This document shows, in pieces, positions 1 through 9,060 of a DNA stretch of 29,792 nt (position 1 is the stretch's first letter; the number at the start of each line of letters is the position of its first letter). The stretch is from a virus (Duplodnaviria > Caudoviricetes). The position numbers and the translations under genes are program-made. A model generated the notes under the pieces. That model did no database searches. It was not told where the DNA came from and was given only the letters and a program-made list of their open reading frames with translations. The stretch lies in the IMG/VR virus record IMGVR_UViG_3300033067_001996, positions 1 through 29,792 of that record; one strand, 5' to 3'.

Positions 1-69
1 TGCGGACCAGCGCAGTAAGGCATAGTGCCATTAAACTTGTGCCAAGCTGATTCCAGAGAAATTGGCGCT

Positions 70-288
70 TTATCCACATTGCACCTCTTTTGAGTCATTT
101 GTGGCAGGCTTCTCCAGGTCTCTCTTCAACTGCTCAAGCATCATTTCCTCAAGGAATGCCGTAATGCTCTTCTTGTTGAGTGTTTTGGAAAGTTCCTTGA
201 ACTTCTCAAATACCTCTTTGTCAAACGACATGCAGGTGTGGTGGATACCGTTGCGCTTCTCTTTTGGTCGACCAATCTTCTTTCCCAT
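70..288 (-). CDS. Small ribbon-helix-helix (CopG/Arc-like) DNA-binding protein
   Basis: 72 aa; basic N-terminus (KKIGRPKEKR), then strand-helix-helix pattern HTCMSFDKEVFEKFKELSKTLNKKSITAFLEEMM; GAGG RBS and upstream CCCATATAT motif. Confidence 0.55.
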   Translation of the reverse strand: MGKKIGRPKEKRNGIHHTCMSFDKEVFEKFKELSKTLNKKSITAFLEEMMLEQLKRDLEKPATNDSKEVQCG

Positions 289-332
289 GGTTCCTCTGAC
301 TTAGATATATGGGAAAGTTAGGTTGGCACGAG

Positions 333-485
333 CTATTGGAAGAGGAGCTCAAACACCAAACTTGCAAAAGCTGATACCATCACCAAAACCCAAATGAGGA
401 AGAGGAGCCGAGCAATTAGCTGGCTCCTCTTTCCATCCAGTTTTGAACCTGAATCAACGTTCCAGTTCTTTTTGCGGTCCTTCAT
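333..485 (-). CDS. Small membrane protein
   Basis: ATG at 485 (MKDRKK); one C-terminal hydrophobic segment LLFLIWVLVMVSAFASLVF; overlaps the end of the upstream gene. Confidence 0.4.
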   Translation of the reverse strand: MKDRKKNWNVDSGSKLDGKRSQLIARLLFLIWVLVMVSAFASLVFELLFQ

Positions 486-729
486 CTGTCTTGCCTTTTG
501 TCTGTTCTGTTCGTTTATCTGCCACTCTACGACCAAAGTAGAGTGCCATGCACGGGATCAAGTACGACATTGCTGCCGTCTCGCTGAACTCCTTTACCTT
601 CCAGGAACCGATCCCAAAGGACAAGAAACTAAGAAGGAACCAAAGGGAGACAAGCAAGAATGCCGTCACCGAAAGTGTCAGGGAAGCTGATCTTTTTCCT
701 GATGTGTCAACCAAAAAGGGGAATTGCAT
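454..729 (-). CDS. Membrane protein, holin-like topology
   Basis: 91 aa; two hydrophobic segments and a charged C-terminus; GAGG RBS. Confidence 0.5.
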   Translation of the reverse strand: MQFPFLVDTSGKRSASLTLSVTAFLLVSLWFLLSFLSFGIGSWKVKEFSETAAMSYLIPCMALYFGRRVADKRTEQTKGKTDEGPQKELER

Positions 730-757
730 GTTTACCTCTAAAGGTAAAGTATGCAGG

Positions 758-1237
758 TCAGGGGATCAAAACGATCGTAAGGGGTCGACCAATTCCTTCA
801 ATCTCAGCTCGCAAATTCTCATTGGTTGGCTGGAGTTGAGGACATGATTGAGCCAATCTCGTAGTAAAGCGAATCCCTTGCGGAGAGAATGAGGCTCCTG
901 CGCCAGTTCCGTACACTTGGGAATTGATTGCTGTATCAACCTGTATCTCGCAGTACGTCTCTGTACTGTTTGGAACTCCAACCGAGAACTGCTTGATTCC
1001 AAACGCCATAGCATACCGTGCTACCCCAGGTTGTGAACTAGTTGCTAGGCTGGCAAACTGGATTGGGATGTCAAAGGTGTATGGGTCACGCAAGCTTGCA
1101 ATTCTTGCTGGACGTACAATCCAACTATTATCAACTCCACCGTCACTATCACCAACTGGCATCTCAGGTCCGCAGCCAATCATGGAGAGGACGAGAGTGA
1201 GGGAGAGAGCGAGCTTGGAGAATGTTTTCTTGATCAT
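758..1237 (-). CDS. Lipoprotein
   Basis: Start MIKK at 1237; signal peptide ends in lipobox-like SMIG-C. Confidence 0.65.
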   Translation of the reverse strand: MIKKTFSKLALSLTLVLSMIGCGPEMPVGDSDGGVDNSWIVRPARIASLRDPYTFDIPIQFASLATSSQPGVARYAMAFGIKQFSVGVPNSTETYCEIQVDTAINSQVYGTGAGASFSPQGIRFTTRLAQSCPQLQPTNENLRAEIEGIGRPLTIVLIP

Positions 1238-1279
1238 GGTTTTACCTTTAACTATCCTGTAGCGACCTGTCAATGGGCG

Positions 1280-3007
1280 TTAGGCTGCATTGGGGAGATG
1301 TTCGGCTAGTTGCTCTGTGGATACTCTATCACTCCACCAGCCTTCAAGAGCTCCAGGATCTCTTTGGGGGCGTCCTCCAGACGAAGTGGTCTGATCCGTA
1401 CACCTGGGAAGAGTTCTTCCCCTGCTGAGGTTCCTGAGCTCTTCTGCTTGGTGCTTTTCGGCTTCTTCCCTTTGCGGCGCTGGGCTCTGTTCATTCTCTT
1501 GTTCCTTTGTTGGTGTGTGCAGGGCTGCTGCTTCCTGGGAGAGTGCTTGCACAATAGAAAGGACTTGGTTCAATGAAACATTCCAGAACCTTGTTCTCTC
1601 ACCATTAAGCCTTCTCTCCTTCTTTGAGAAGCCTGCATTCGTCAAGATTGCTCCTACTACCTTGCTTGGCAAGTCCTTCTTGTACTTTTTTCCAAAGAGA
1701 GTCTCGTAGAAGGATTGGACGGCAGCGACGATGCTTTCAATCTTTACCTCGTGAGAATCCGTCTTCTCAACCATGGAAAGGCTTTTTACGAGCTTCTGTG
1801 TCCAGCTCTTGGATAGGTCAACTCGCTGACACTTGTCTAGTGTCTCCGCTATACTACTATCTCTCTCTCTCTTCTTGCGGTTGGTGGTAGGGTTCAGCTT
1901 CTCCTTGTTCCAGAGAGTCTTGGCAACCTTTACAACCTCCGATGTATGGAAGGTTGATGGGTTCTCAATCCTGTCAACTGAGACCTGCTTCAGATGGTCC
2001 ACGAATCCCTGGAAGTCATTGGTTCCAATAAAGTCGTGGATCTTCCCACCAGCATACTGAACAAGGGAAGAGTTACGCTCCCCTTCCTTCCAAACCAGAC
2101 CAAGAACTCCCGTCATCTTCTTTTGGTTTAGGATGGGCTTAGAGGAAATAACTCGCTGACGCGAGTCTAGGGCTACGCAGAAGCCTTTGGCTTCAAGTGT
2201 CTCCGCTATACTACTATCTTCTTCTTCCTCTTGACTGAACTCGGCTTCAAGCCTTGACTTGTAGAGCTCTCTCCAGTTCTCAGGAAGTACGGCAATCTCG
2301 GTGGAGAAGAATGGGTTCTCTAGATCCACTGTATAGACCCCCTTCTCTGTTCTAGAACCTGGGGCAAGGACGTAGGTGTTTCCACGAACGTCAATATTTT
2401 TGAAGAATGGGACGTTAGTCAGAGGTTCGTGGGATAGAACGTACAGATGCCTACCTCCAGAAGGGGTAGCCGAGATGAAGGTCTTCAAGTCAAGGATCTC
2501 AATGACTTTCTGGATCTTTCCCTGAATCACACCCTTGTTGTCAAGATCAAAGAAGCCGAGGTACAGAGACTTCTCTTTGTCAATCCATCCAGGAAGGATT
2601 CCAAGGTTGGTGCTTGCTGGCTCTCCAGTGACCTGGGAGAGCTTCTCGTTCCACTTGGCAAGCGCAGCTCCAGTCTCCTTGAGACCTGTCAAGCAAAGGT
2701 TCTTGTAGAACGTTTCCCCGTTCTTCATTTTACCCTTGGTCTTGACAAACTCGGCAGTAAGCCTTTTCTTGCCGTCACAGATACAGAAGGACACAAACCT
2801 ATTAGCGTCCTCGCCCTTGGCCGCAAACTTCTTCTGGAAGAGGCGGTCAAAGCTCAACCTTCCCAGGATTGGTTCAAGGCAAGAATAGACGTTCGTCAAC
2901 GTATCAGCAGCTTCCTGGTTCTCGTTGCACAAAGCAAGGAGTTGTTCGTCAGAGAAGCTGAGAAGGTCTTTTAGTGTTTTCTGTGTGTTGTTCACTTGTT
3001 TCTCCAA
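1280..3007 (-). CDS. Bifunctional primase/polymerase (Prim-Pol, AEP superfamily) with PriCT-like domain; no helicase domain
   Basis: Motifs NLGI, FFDLD (DxD), TPSGGRHLY, IDVRG..YVLAPGS; PriCT-1-like EGERNSSL; no Walker A motif visible. Confidence 0.85.
   Translation of the reverse strand: MEKQVNNTQKTLKDLLSFSDEQLLALCNENQEAADTLTNVYSCLEPILGRLSFDRLFQKKFAAKGEDANRFVSFCICDGKKRLTAEFVKTKGKMKNGETFYKNLCLTGLKETGAALAKWNEKLSQVTGEPASTNLGILPGWIDKEKSLYLGFFDLDNKGVIQGKIQKVIEILDLKTFISATPSGGRHLYVLSHEPLTNVPFFKNIDVRGNTYVLAPGSRTEKGVYTVDLENPFFSTEIAVLPENWRELYKSRLEAEFSQEEEEDSSIAETLEAKGFCVALDSRQRVISSKPILNQKKMTGVLGLVWKEGERNSSLVQYAGGKIHDFIGTNDFQGFVDHLKQVSVDRIENPSTFHTSEVVKVAKTLWNKEKLNPTTNRKKRERDSSIAETLDKCQRVDLSKSWTQKLVKSLSMVEKTDSHEVKIESIVAAVQSFYETLFGKKYKKDLPSKVVGAILTNAGFSKKERRLNGERTRFWNVSLNQVLSIVQALSQEAAALHTPTKEQENEQSPAPQREEAEKHQAEELRNLSRGRTLPRCTDQTTSSGGRPQRDPGALEGWWSDRVSTEQLAEHLPNAA
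1306..1494 (-). CDS. Small basic protein nested out of frame in the primase 3' end
   Basis: AAGGA upstream of ATG at 1494; begins MNRAQRRK, a type of N-terminus often seen in small phage proteins. Confidence 0.45.
   Translation of the reverse strand: MNRAQRRKGKKPKSTKQKSSGTSAGEELFPGVRIRPLRLEDAPKEILELLKAGGVIEYPQSN
1840..1861 (-). repeat. Dispersed 22-bp repeat copy 1 (inside primase)
   Basis: Minus strand GATAGTAGTATAGCGGAGACAC after purine run AAGAAGAGAGAGAGA; encodes DSSIAET. Confidence 0.95.
2197..2218 (-). repeat. Dispersed 22-bp repeat copy 2 (inside primase)
   Basis: Core identical to copy 1, after AAGAGGAAGAAGAA; followed by hairpin GAAGCC-AAA-GGCTTC. Confidence 0.95.
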
Positions 3008-3097
3008 ACCCTTGTCTAAGGGGCTTACTGGTAATTATACCTGTCCCTTGCAGTGTAGCTACCCTGGGATGTTTTTTCAACTTCTTTTCAAAGGTGG

Positions 3098-3126
3098 TTG
3101 ACAATGAAACGAGTATGCGGTACTAT
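3098..3126 (+). promoter_or_regulatory. Sigma70-type promoter
   Basis: TTGACA (3098-3103), 17-bp spacer, TACTAT (3121-3126). Confidence 0.7.
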
Positions 3127-3131
3127 TTATC

Positions 3132-3309
3132 CATGTTGGAGGCGTTAGTTGTTGTTCTCCTCCAACAGTCTGTGTAGGAACCCCTGGTAGCACCCTCAAA
3201 TAGAGTTGGCTCCAGGGGTTTCGCACATTTAGGGGATAGTTAGATGAGTCAGAACTTCGTCTGATACCCCTTGGCCCACCCAGAACTCACCTGGGTGGGC
3301 TTTTCTTTT
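3132..3309 (+). ncRNA. Candidate structured small RNA (~175 nt)
   Basis: Lies between a consensus promoter and an intrinsic terminator; stems 3134-3142/3159-3167, 3179-3187/3212-3220 and about 3232-3270; no credible ORF. Confidence 0.55.
3274..3309 (+). terminator. Rho-independent terminator
   Basis: GCCCACCCAG/CTGGGTGGGC 10-bp stem followed by TTTTCTTTT. Confidence 0.8.
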
Positions 3310-3311
3310 GG

Positions 3312-6200
3312 CTACCTCAGCTTCTTGATTGGAGCAAGGGAGACGATTCTTCTGGTTGTACCATCTCCAAGGTATGCCCAGGTCTTCTGGTCGACCTGTA
3401 GGCCACTTGTGCCGTAGGCATCAAAGCGTAGGTCAAGTGTTCCAGAAGCGGCAGCAGCAGGCCAGTTAACCACACCAGTGTTGATGGTCTCAGACAGAAC
3501 GATCGTGTTGGAGCCAATGGAGGCAATGGTGTAGGACTGGTATATCCAGGTTGCCGTATCTCTTATGATGAACTGAACCTTATCTCCCGGGTTGAACCAG
3601 TTGATTCCAAGATCGTTGGCTGTTCTGCTATATCCAGCCAAGTTGGAACCAGCGTAGTCAGTAGGAGATTCGGTTGAACTTCTTCCTGTTGTGATGTAGG
3701 AACCTGTTACAGTCAAGGTCTTGGTTGCAACATTGACATTGGAAATCTTGACACAAGGAGAGAATCCAGTGTTCACTGCTCTTGGGAAGAGGATACCTGT
3801 GATGCTAACCTTTCCTGTTTGGATGCTCGTTACCTTCTTTTGGACCAAGAGTTTAGCCGAAGCAAGAGCGCGCCCACCCTCACTGTTCGGTACCAACCAA
3901 TCAGATACGGTAATAACCATACCTGGGTAGATTCGTGTCATCCATGACAAAGGTAGGTGAACCGTATAAGCGGTGTACGGTTCCTTGAAGAGCTCAAAGA
4001 ATTTGGACTTAATATCGGCTGCGATAGTACCAATAGCATCTTCTCTTTGAAAAATTGCATCCTCAATTCCAACCTTTGACATGTTAATGTCAATACGCTG
4101 TACATCGCCATACTTTGCTCTGGATTCTTGGTTGTTGATCAACATACCTTTACCGTCTTGGATGCCATCAGATGACACAACAACCGTGGTAATAACGTTG
4201 TCTCCAATGTCCTCCCAGGTTGGCTGCTCACTCTTGATGTAGTCATTGGATGTAAGTGTCCACGAACTACTTGTTGTCGTGGAAGGCTTTGTGATGCGAG
4301 CAAAACGCATCTTTCCTTCCGTGGTTGTGGTTGGGGCAATGCCGTAGTATTGTGTCATTCCCTGGATTACATCTCCAATTGAAGTCTTTGGTTCCAGAAG
4401 CAACTCTGTTGTAAGAGATGGGTTCTGCAACTTTAGGGACATGTAACTGTTGAACGAGAAATCAAAGTCGGTATCATACTTGAATTTCTCAATGATTCCG
4501 TACCTGATCAAATCAAGCCAATGCCTTGATTTCAACGACATCCTATGTTCAAGGTCCACCTGTTGCATGACGAAGTGAATTGACCGCCATGACTCTGAAC
4601 CTAGAGAGAAATTGTCTGACAATCTCTGGAAAGAGGTATCTGCTGGATTCTTTGCTTTGAAGACAGCAGAGCCACTTTCAAAGTAAAGTGGTGCTCTACC
4701 AGCCCCAGAAGTATTTGGCAGGTTTTGCGCTGCCCAGTCGTAAGAACTTGCCGAGCAGTAGTAGAACATCCTCCTAGCTTTGTGAGGAAGGCCGCTAATC
4801 ACAGTTGGGTCTGAGGGAAATGAAGCAGACACAATAGATCCGCTTGAGTACACAATATTTGGGTTTCTATATGACTCAGCCTCAATGTCTCCAACCCAGG
4901 TTGTTCTGGTCAAGCAAGTATTGATGCTTCCAGAGTTGACAATCTCAAACTGCTCCAGAGAATCAACCCTATCCACAATCAAGTGGTTGTTATCAGCAGC
5001 GACAGCTCCATTCTTAAACACCTGGAAGGCCGACCATTCTGGGATTGGAATGAACACCTTCTTCTTTCCAGCATCTTGGTCTGATGTAATAGGAAGTTCA
5101 GACCATTGGAATGGTCTAATAGCTCTGGCATCAATGCCAGCACCAACTCCACCGTAGTTACCAAACAACTGTGTTCTAAAGTTCACAGACGGACTACCAT
5201 CTGGAAGAATCAAAGAGAACTTATTCTCTGTGATATCAGCCTCAATTCCAAGTGGAATTGTCCAACCGTCAAAGAGCTGTCCAGCGGTCCTGTTGCGCTC
5301 CCAAACATAGTGAAGTCCATAGGAATACCTGGACGGATAGTCTCGTTCGTTATACTCAATGTTCCTATTGCTTGGAACCTCAAATTGAATGTCTGGTGAA
5401 GTTGGTGTTACAATGCGGAAGCCAAGTTTTCTAGCATCCCAGCCTGCCAACCTTGTCTTTGCTTCTGTGACCTCATAGGTCTTTCCCTTGAGATCTGTCC
5501 AGAAGTGCTCGCACTGAAGCTCAATTGGAGCACCGTTGCCAGAAGCACGGGGAGCCCTTCCTCCAACACCTCTCCAGAGAACAGACCAGTTTCCATCCTC
5601 GTCTCTTCTCCAAAGCAGGACCTTCTGACGATATGGACCTGGATACGAGAGATAGATGGTAGGATAGTAGTTGCTGCTGGCGTCGACCCTATGGGTCTGC
5701 CTTCTGGTTCCAAGGGCCGCTCTCGTGTTCACATTGACGTTTTGGCCTGAGATGCTATCCTTCTCAAAAGCTTCGCCATTGATCCAAACAAAGCCAAATG
5801 TGTCTGGAACGATGTTCTCTCCACGAACAGCAAACTGCCCTGTGTTGTCGTCAGCGGTGTATGTTGCAGCCAACTGGCAGGTTTCTTGATTCTTGCTGGT
5901 GAACAACTTGGAAGCAATATTGACTGTCTCGCCCTCATAGGTCATCAGGATGTCGTGCACCCTAAAGGTGATACCATCGGCGTTGAAGTTGCTGTTCAGT
6001 AGGTCAAGTTCCTCAGAGAAGTCACCAATGCTGTTTGGATCAAGAGCTCCATTGGCAACCTGGGTAATGGCACTAATCCCATACGGCCAATCTGCATGAT
6101 TGATCGGCAGACTTGACATTGAGTCAATATAGCCAATTCCTGGGCTGGTGAAAACGACTGGGCAGCCTGCAATTGTGAGCAAATATCCTGTTGAAGCCAT
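3312..6200 (-). CDS. Large tail-tip / baseplate hub-type structural protein
   Basis: Likely start MASTGY at 6200 (GAGG RBS), ~962 aa; beta-rich; hub-like segments (IGDVIQGM...GKMRF; IYPGMVITV). Confidence 0.6.
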   Translation of the reverse strand: MASTGYLLTIAGCPVVFTSPGIGYIDSMSSLPINHADWPYGISAITQVANGALDPNSIGDFSEELDLLNSNFNADGITFRVHDILMTYEGETVNIASKLFTSKNQETCQLAATYTADDNTGQFAVRGENIVPDTFGFVWINGEAFEKDSISGQNVNVNTRAALGTRRQTHRVDASSNYYPTIYLSYPGPYRQKVLLWRRDEDGNWSVLWRGVGGRAPRASGNGAPIELQCEHFWTDLKGKTYEVTEAKTRLAGWDARKLGFRIVTPTSPDIQFEVPSNRNIEYNERDYPSRYSYGLHYVWERNRTAGQLFDGWTIPLGIEADITENKFSLILPDGSPSVNFRTQLFGNYGGVGAGIDARAIRPFQWSELPITSDQDAGKKKVFIPIPEWSAFQVFKNGAVAADNNHLIVDRVDSLEQFEIVNSGSINTCLTRTTWVGDIEAESYRNPNIVYSSGSIVSASFPSDPTVISGLPHKARRMFYYCSASSYDWAAQNLPNTSGAGRAPLYFESGSAVFKAKNPADTSFQRLSDNFSLGSESWRSIHFVMQQVDLEHRMSLKSRHWLDLIRYGIIEKFKYDTDFDFSFNSYMSLKLQNPSLTTELLLEPKTSIGDVIQGMTQYYGIAPTTTTEGKMRFARITKPSTTTSSSWTLTSNDYIKSEQPTWEDIGDNVITTVVVSSDGIQDGKGMLINNQESRAKYGDVQRIDINMSKVGIEDAIFQREDAIGTIAADIKSKFFELFKEPYTAYTVHLPLSWMTRIYPGMVITVSDWLVPNSEGGRALASAKLLVQKKVTSIQTGKVSITGILFPRAVNTGFSPCVKISNVNVATKTLTVTGSYITTGRSSTESPTDYAGSNLAGYSRTANDLGINWFNPGDKVQFIIRDTATWIYQSYTIASIGSNTIVLSETINTGVVNWPAAAASGTLDLRFDAYGTSGLQVDQKTWAYLGDGTTRRIVSLAPIKKLR

Positions 6201-6336
6201 TGTTCCTCTTTGTGTTTGCCGACCTCGGCCAGCAATACAAGCATAAGTAGCTCTCCCCCTTGGCTTGGAGGTATTCCCAGGTAAGAACTGTAGAAGCCTC
6301 TGGAAGCCTCTATAGCGCCTCACACTTGAAGCAAGG

Positions 6337-6606
6337 ATGATTGGTCATTCCATTTCTTTTGAAGCCTTGCTGAGGCTTGTGGAGCTTCCTACGGGTGTCA
6401 TACTTAGAGCAATGAGAGACAAGAGAGAAGAACTAGAGTTGCTTGGAACCAAGGTAGCTGCTGACATTCGTCAGTATGCTAGATCCAAACTGTTCTCCTC
6501 TTTTGCTTTCATTGCCGAAAACAAGGAAGAGAGAGAAGAAAAAGATGGAAGAGCAGAAGACAGAAGGTCAGCCTGTGAAGACAAGGGTGATCATTCTCTT
6601 GAATAG
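6337..6606 (+). CDS. Hypothetical protein
   Basis: 89-aa ORF leading a small plus-strand cluster. Confidence 0.45.
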   Translation: MIGHSISFEALLRLVELPTGVILRAMRDKREELELLGTKVAADIRQYARSKLFSSFAFIAENKEEREEKDGRAEDRRSACEDKGDHSLE

Positions 6607-7027
6607 GTTCAACGAACCTGGGGTCGACCAGCCGTGCTTGAATCAGAAGACGTTGCTTGCTGATTCTGATGAGTTTTACGAGACCCAGAAGAGGGCAGTG
6701 GAGGGATCCTTCAATAGGTTTTCTGGTGGATTCCACAAAGTTGTGCACTTCCTTGAAAAGGAACAGGTGTTTCTTGACAGGATTGTGGTCGACTCCTTTG
6801 AGGTTTACTGCCCTATTGGAATGAACGAATTGATCTACATGGCGGAGAGTTACGTGCTCACAGAGAATGACATCTTGAGATTCTTCCCAGAGGTTCTGGA
6901 GACCAATCCAACTCCCGTATCACCAACCAATGAGGAATTGGCTCTCATCTGCGAGCTTGCCGATGACATCACTGACTCGGTCAACTGTCTCCCAGGTGAT
7001 AAGCCAACTGAGCTTGAACTCAACTAA
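6545..7027 (+). CDS. Hypothetical acidic protein
   Basis: Probable start MEEQK at 6545; 160 aa. Confidence 0.6.
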   Translation: MEEQKTEGQPVKTRVIILLNRFNEPGVDQPCLNQKTLLADSDEFYETQKRAVEGSFNRFSGGFHKVVHFLEKEQVFLDRIVVDSFEVYCPIGMNELIYMAESYVLTENDILRFFPEVLETNPTPVSPTNEELALICELADDITDSVNCLPGDKPTELELN

Positions 7028-7083
7028 GCTGATTATCTTGTAATTGTCTTGTGTAAACAATACTTATATCTGAGGGTAATCAG

Positions 7084-7317
7084 ATGGTACAAGACAAGAC
7101 GGCACGCAAACTGGGAATCATTCTTTCAGCTCTTAACGAACTGGAGCAGAGAATGGAGAAGATCAGCAATGCAATTGATAGTATTGCCGAGGGACAGAAC
7201 AACCTTGGGCAATCACTTGCAAGGGTTGCTGACCTTCAAAAGGAGTACGCAGAGAAAAGGAGTGAGGAACTGCTCAATTCCATTGAAGCTAGTTTCTCGG
7301 AAGAAGAGAAGAATTAG
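7084..7317 (+). CDS. Small coiled-coil protein
   Basis: 77 aa with heptad pattern; GAGG RBS. Confidence 0.6.
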   Translation: MVQDKTARKLGIILSALNELEQRMEKISNAIDSIAEGQNNLGQSLARVADLQKEYAEKRSEELLNSIEASFSEEEKN

Positions 7318-7631
7318 TTTCTCCTCGGCTGCTTCTTTTGAGACTGGTTGACTTGGTCAGCCCTGTATTCAAGAAGTCTAACACGTTCAGAGACGCTATT
7401 CTGAGTTTCCTTGACCTTGTCAAGTTCGTGCTTCAGGTCAGAGAATCCCTTCTCAACGTCTTTGTCAAGCTTATCAAACTTGTCCTGGAGATCCTTGAGT
7501 CCATGCTTAATGCCGAGGACTACGGTGATAGCTGAGATCAATCCAGCAATGACCCATTGGGTGAAGTTCTGAAGACTGAACGATTGTTGGGCAATGGATT
7601 GGGCGACAAGAAAGAATGGTTCGTATAGCAT
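7314..7631 (-). CDS. Single-pass membrane protein with coiled coil (possibly lysis-related)
   Basis: TM segment WVIAGLISAITVVLGI followed by a coiled coil; AAGGA RBS; TATAAT upstream. Confidence 0.55.
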   Translation of the reverse strand: MLYEPFFLVAQSIAQQSFSLQNFTQWVIAGLISAITVVLGIKHGLKDLQDKFDKLDKDVEKGFSDLKHELDKVKETQNSVSERVRLLEYRADQVNQSQKKQPRRN

Positions 7632-7690
7632 GGCGGTCCTTTGTGGTAATTATACCAAACCTGTTGGTAGACACATGTCCTGGTGGTCAC

Positions 7691-7724
7691 AAAAGAAAAA
7701 GGGCTGGTGCCGAAACACCAGCCC
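7691..7724 (-). terminator. Intrinsic terminator after the tail tube gene
   Basis: Minus strand GGGCTGGTG-TTTCGG-CACCAGCCC-TTTTTCTTTT. Confidence 0.85.
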
Positions 7725-7764
7725 ATCCTGGGCGACAGAGAGGGATCAACCCAGGAATACTCTT

Positions 7765-8982
7765 TCAGCCGTGGGCAAGCACGAACGGTGCGTAGCTAAG
7801 ATCAGACGACCGACCTGCAACCAAACCGTTCAACTTGCTCTTGACGGTAACCTCGCAGATCAAACGACCATCTGCATCGCTCCACTTTGGTGCGCCGACA
7901 ATCTGGCAGGTTGGGATGGAAGCAACCATCCAGCGACGAACTCCATTGGAGTCAAGCTTTGGTACCATGACGTGAAGCTGCATGTCCGTTTGAGCATTCC
8001 AGTTGAAGTCGGCTTGTGTGTCAGCTCTGAACTTAAGGGTTGCCTCAGCAAACGTCCTCTCGCCTGTGCGCATGACGCCAGTTGCACCTTCAACTCCACC
8101 AAGCTCCTCAAGGAACATCATTCCTGGGGTAACCTTGAATGTAACCGACTCAAGAGGATAGTGAACCCTTGTCGTGGTTGCCGTGGATTGGAACGAGCAG
8201 CTAACCCCAACAGCAGCGAATGGAGCTCCCAGGGACTCTGTGGCATATGTCACAGCAATGGACTGCGAGCCAGTTGTCCAGGTCTTTGCCTCAAGTTCAA
8301 AGGAGGCAATAATTTCCTTATCCCTTTCAATCTTGAGATCAAAGCTGTTTACCTTGCAGCCCTTGTAGGTCCACTGCATGTCAGAGCTGTCAACCTTGGC
8401 GTGCTGGAAGGTCAAGGTATTTGTGTTCGTCTCGGTTGGGTAGAAGTTGTCCATGTTGGCAACAACCGAACCAGAGGCAGGAGCCGAGGACAGGGCTGGG
8501 GTGACCGTAAGAGCCGTTGCAGAGCTAGAAATCACAAGAGCTGGCTCAAGTCCTGCTGTGGTTGTGAAGAGCGCCCACTGGCCCCTGGAGAAGTACCCCA
8601 TGCTGTCGACTGGAATCACTGTGGTGCTTGGGGAACCTCCAGCAAGCGAACCTGTGCTTGTCTGGTGGCCACCGAACACGGCCTTCAATGCCTGTTGCTG
8701 GTAGTTCTCAGAAGGGTAATTGGAGCCCGAGTAAGCTACAAGAGGAACCCTGGGATACATGTCAAACTTGACAGTTCCTCCTTTGAGTCCACGAACCGTA
8801 TTCTTGCGGTCGTAGAGCCTTGCAGACTCCGTCTCGTTCTCAATCTCGGTCTGGGAGTGAGCCAATTCAACCGTTCCTGCAACTGGGAAGGCACGATAAA
8901 GCGAACTTGCTGTAGTTCCAAATGTGCTCTCAAGTCCCAGGAATGTGGATGCAATCTTTGATTTTACGTTTACCTGTGCCAT
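7765..8982 (-). CDS. Major tail tube protein with an inserted beta domain
   Basis: N-terminal LGLESTFGT; YKGCKVNSFDLKI..IIASFELEA, typical of siphovirus tube proteins; follows the terminator-like gene. Confidence 0.75.
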   Translation of the reverse strand: MAQVNVKSKIASTFLGLESTFGTTASSLYRAFPVAGTVELAHSQTEIENETESARLYDRKNTVRGLKGGTVKFDMYPRVPLVAYSGSNYPSENYQQQALKAVFGGHQTSTGSLAGGSPSTTVIPVDSMGYFSRGQWALFTTTAGLEPALVISSSATALTVTPALSSAPASGSVVANMDNFYPTETNTNTLTFQHAKVDSSDMQWTYKGCKVNSFDLKIERDKEIIASFELEAKTWTTGSQSIAVTYATESLGAPFAAVGVSCSFQSTATTTRVHYPLESVTFKVTPGMMFLEELGGVEGATGVMRTGERTFAEATLKFRADTQADFNWNAQTDMQLHVMVPKLDSNGVRRWMVASIPTCQIVGAPKWSDADGRLICEVTVKSKLNGLVAGRSSDLSYAPFVLAHG

Positions 8983-9060
8983 CGCTTTTCCTTTTCGCTA
9001 GCCCTACCCCATCTGGGATATGAGTTTATTCTCACTTAGATATGTTGCCAAGGGGAACTA

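Noticed and set aside
5663-5671. Partial repeat match GATAGTAGT in the tail-tip gene
   Set aside because: Only 9 bp; lacks the GGAGACAC half and a pure purine tract
6201-6323. N-terminal extension of the 1003-aa ORF, and similar extensions of ORFs 11056-11892 and 16053-16568
   Set aside because: Better RBS-linked ATGs lie downstream; the extensions run through intergenic motifs
7594-8961. 455-aa plus-strand ORF antisense to the tail tube gene
   Set aside because: Cys/Arg/His-rich shadow ORF; similar antisense ORFs shadow the capsid, terL and primase genes, consistent with codon bias
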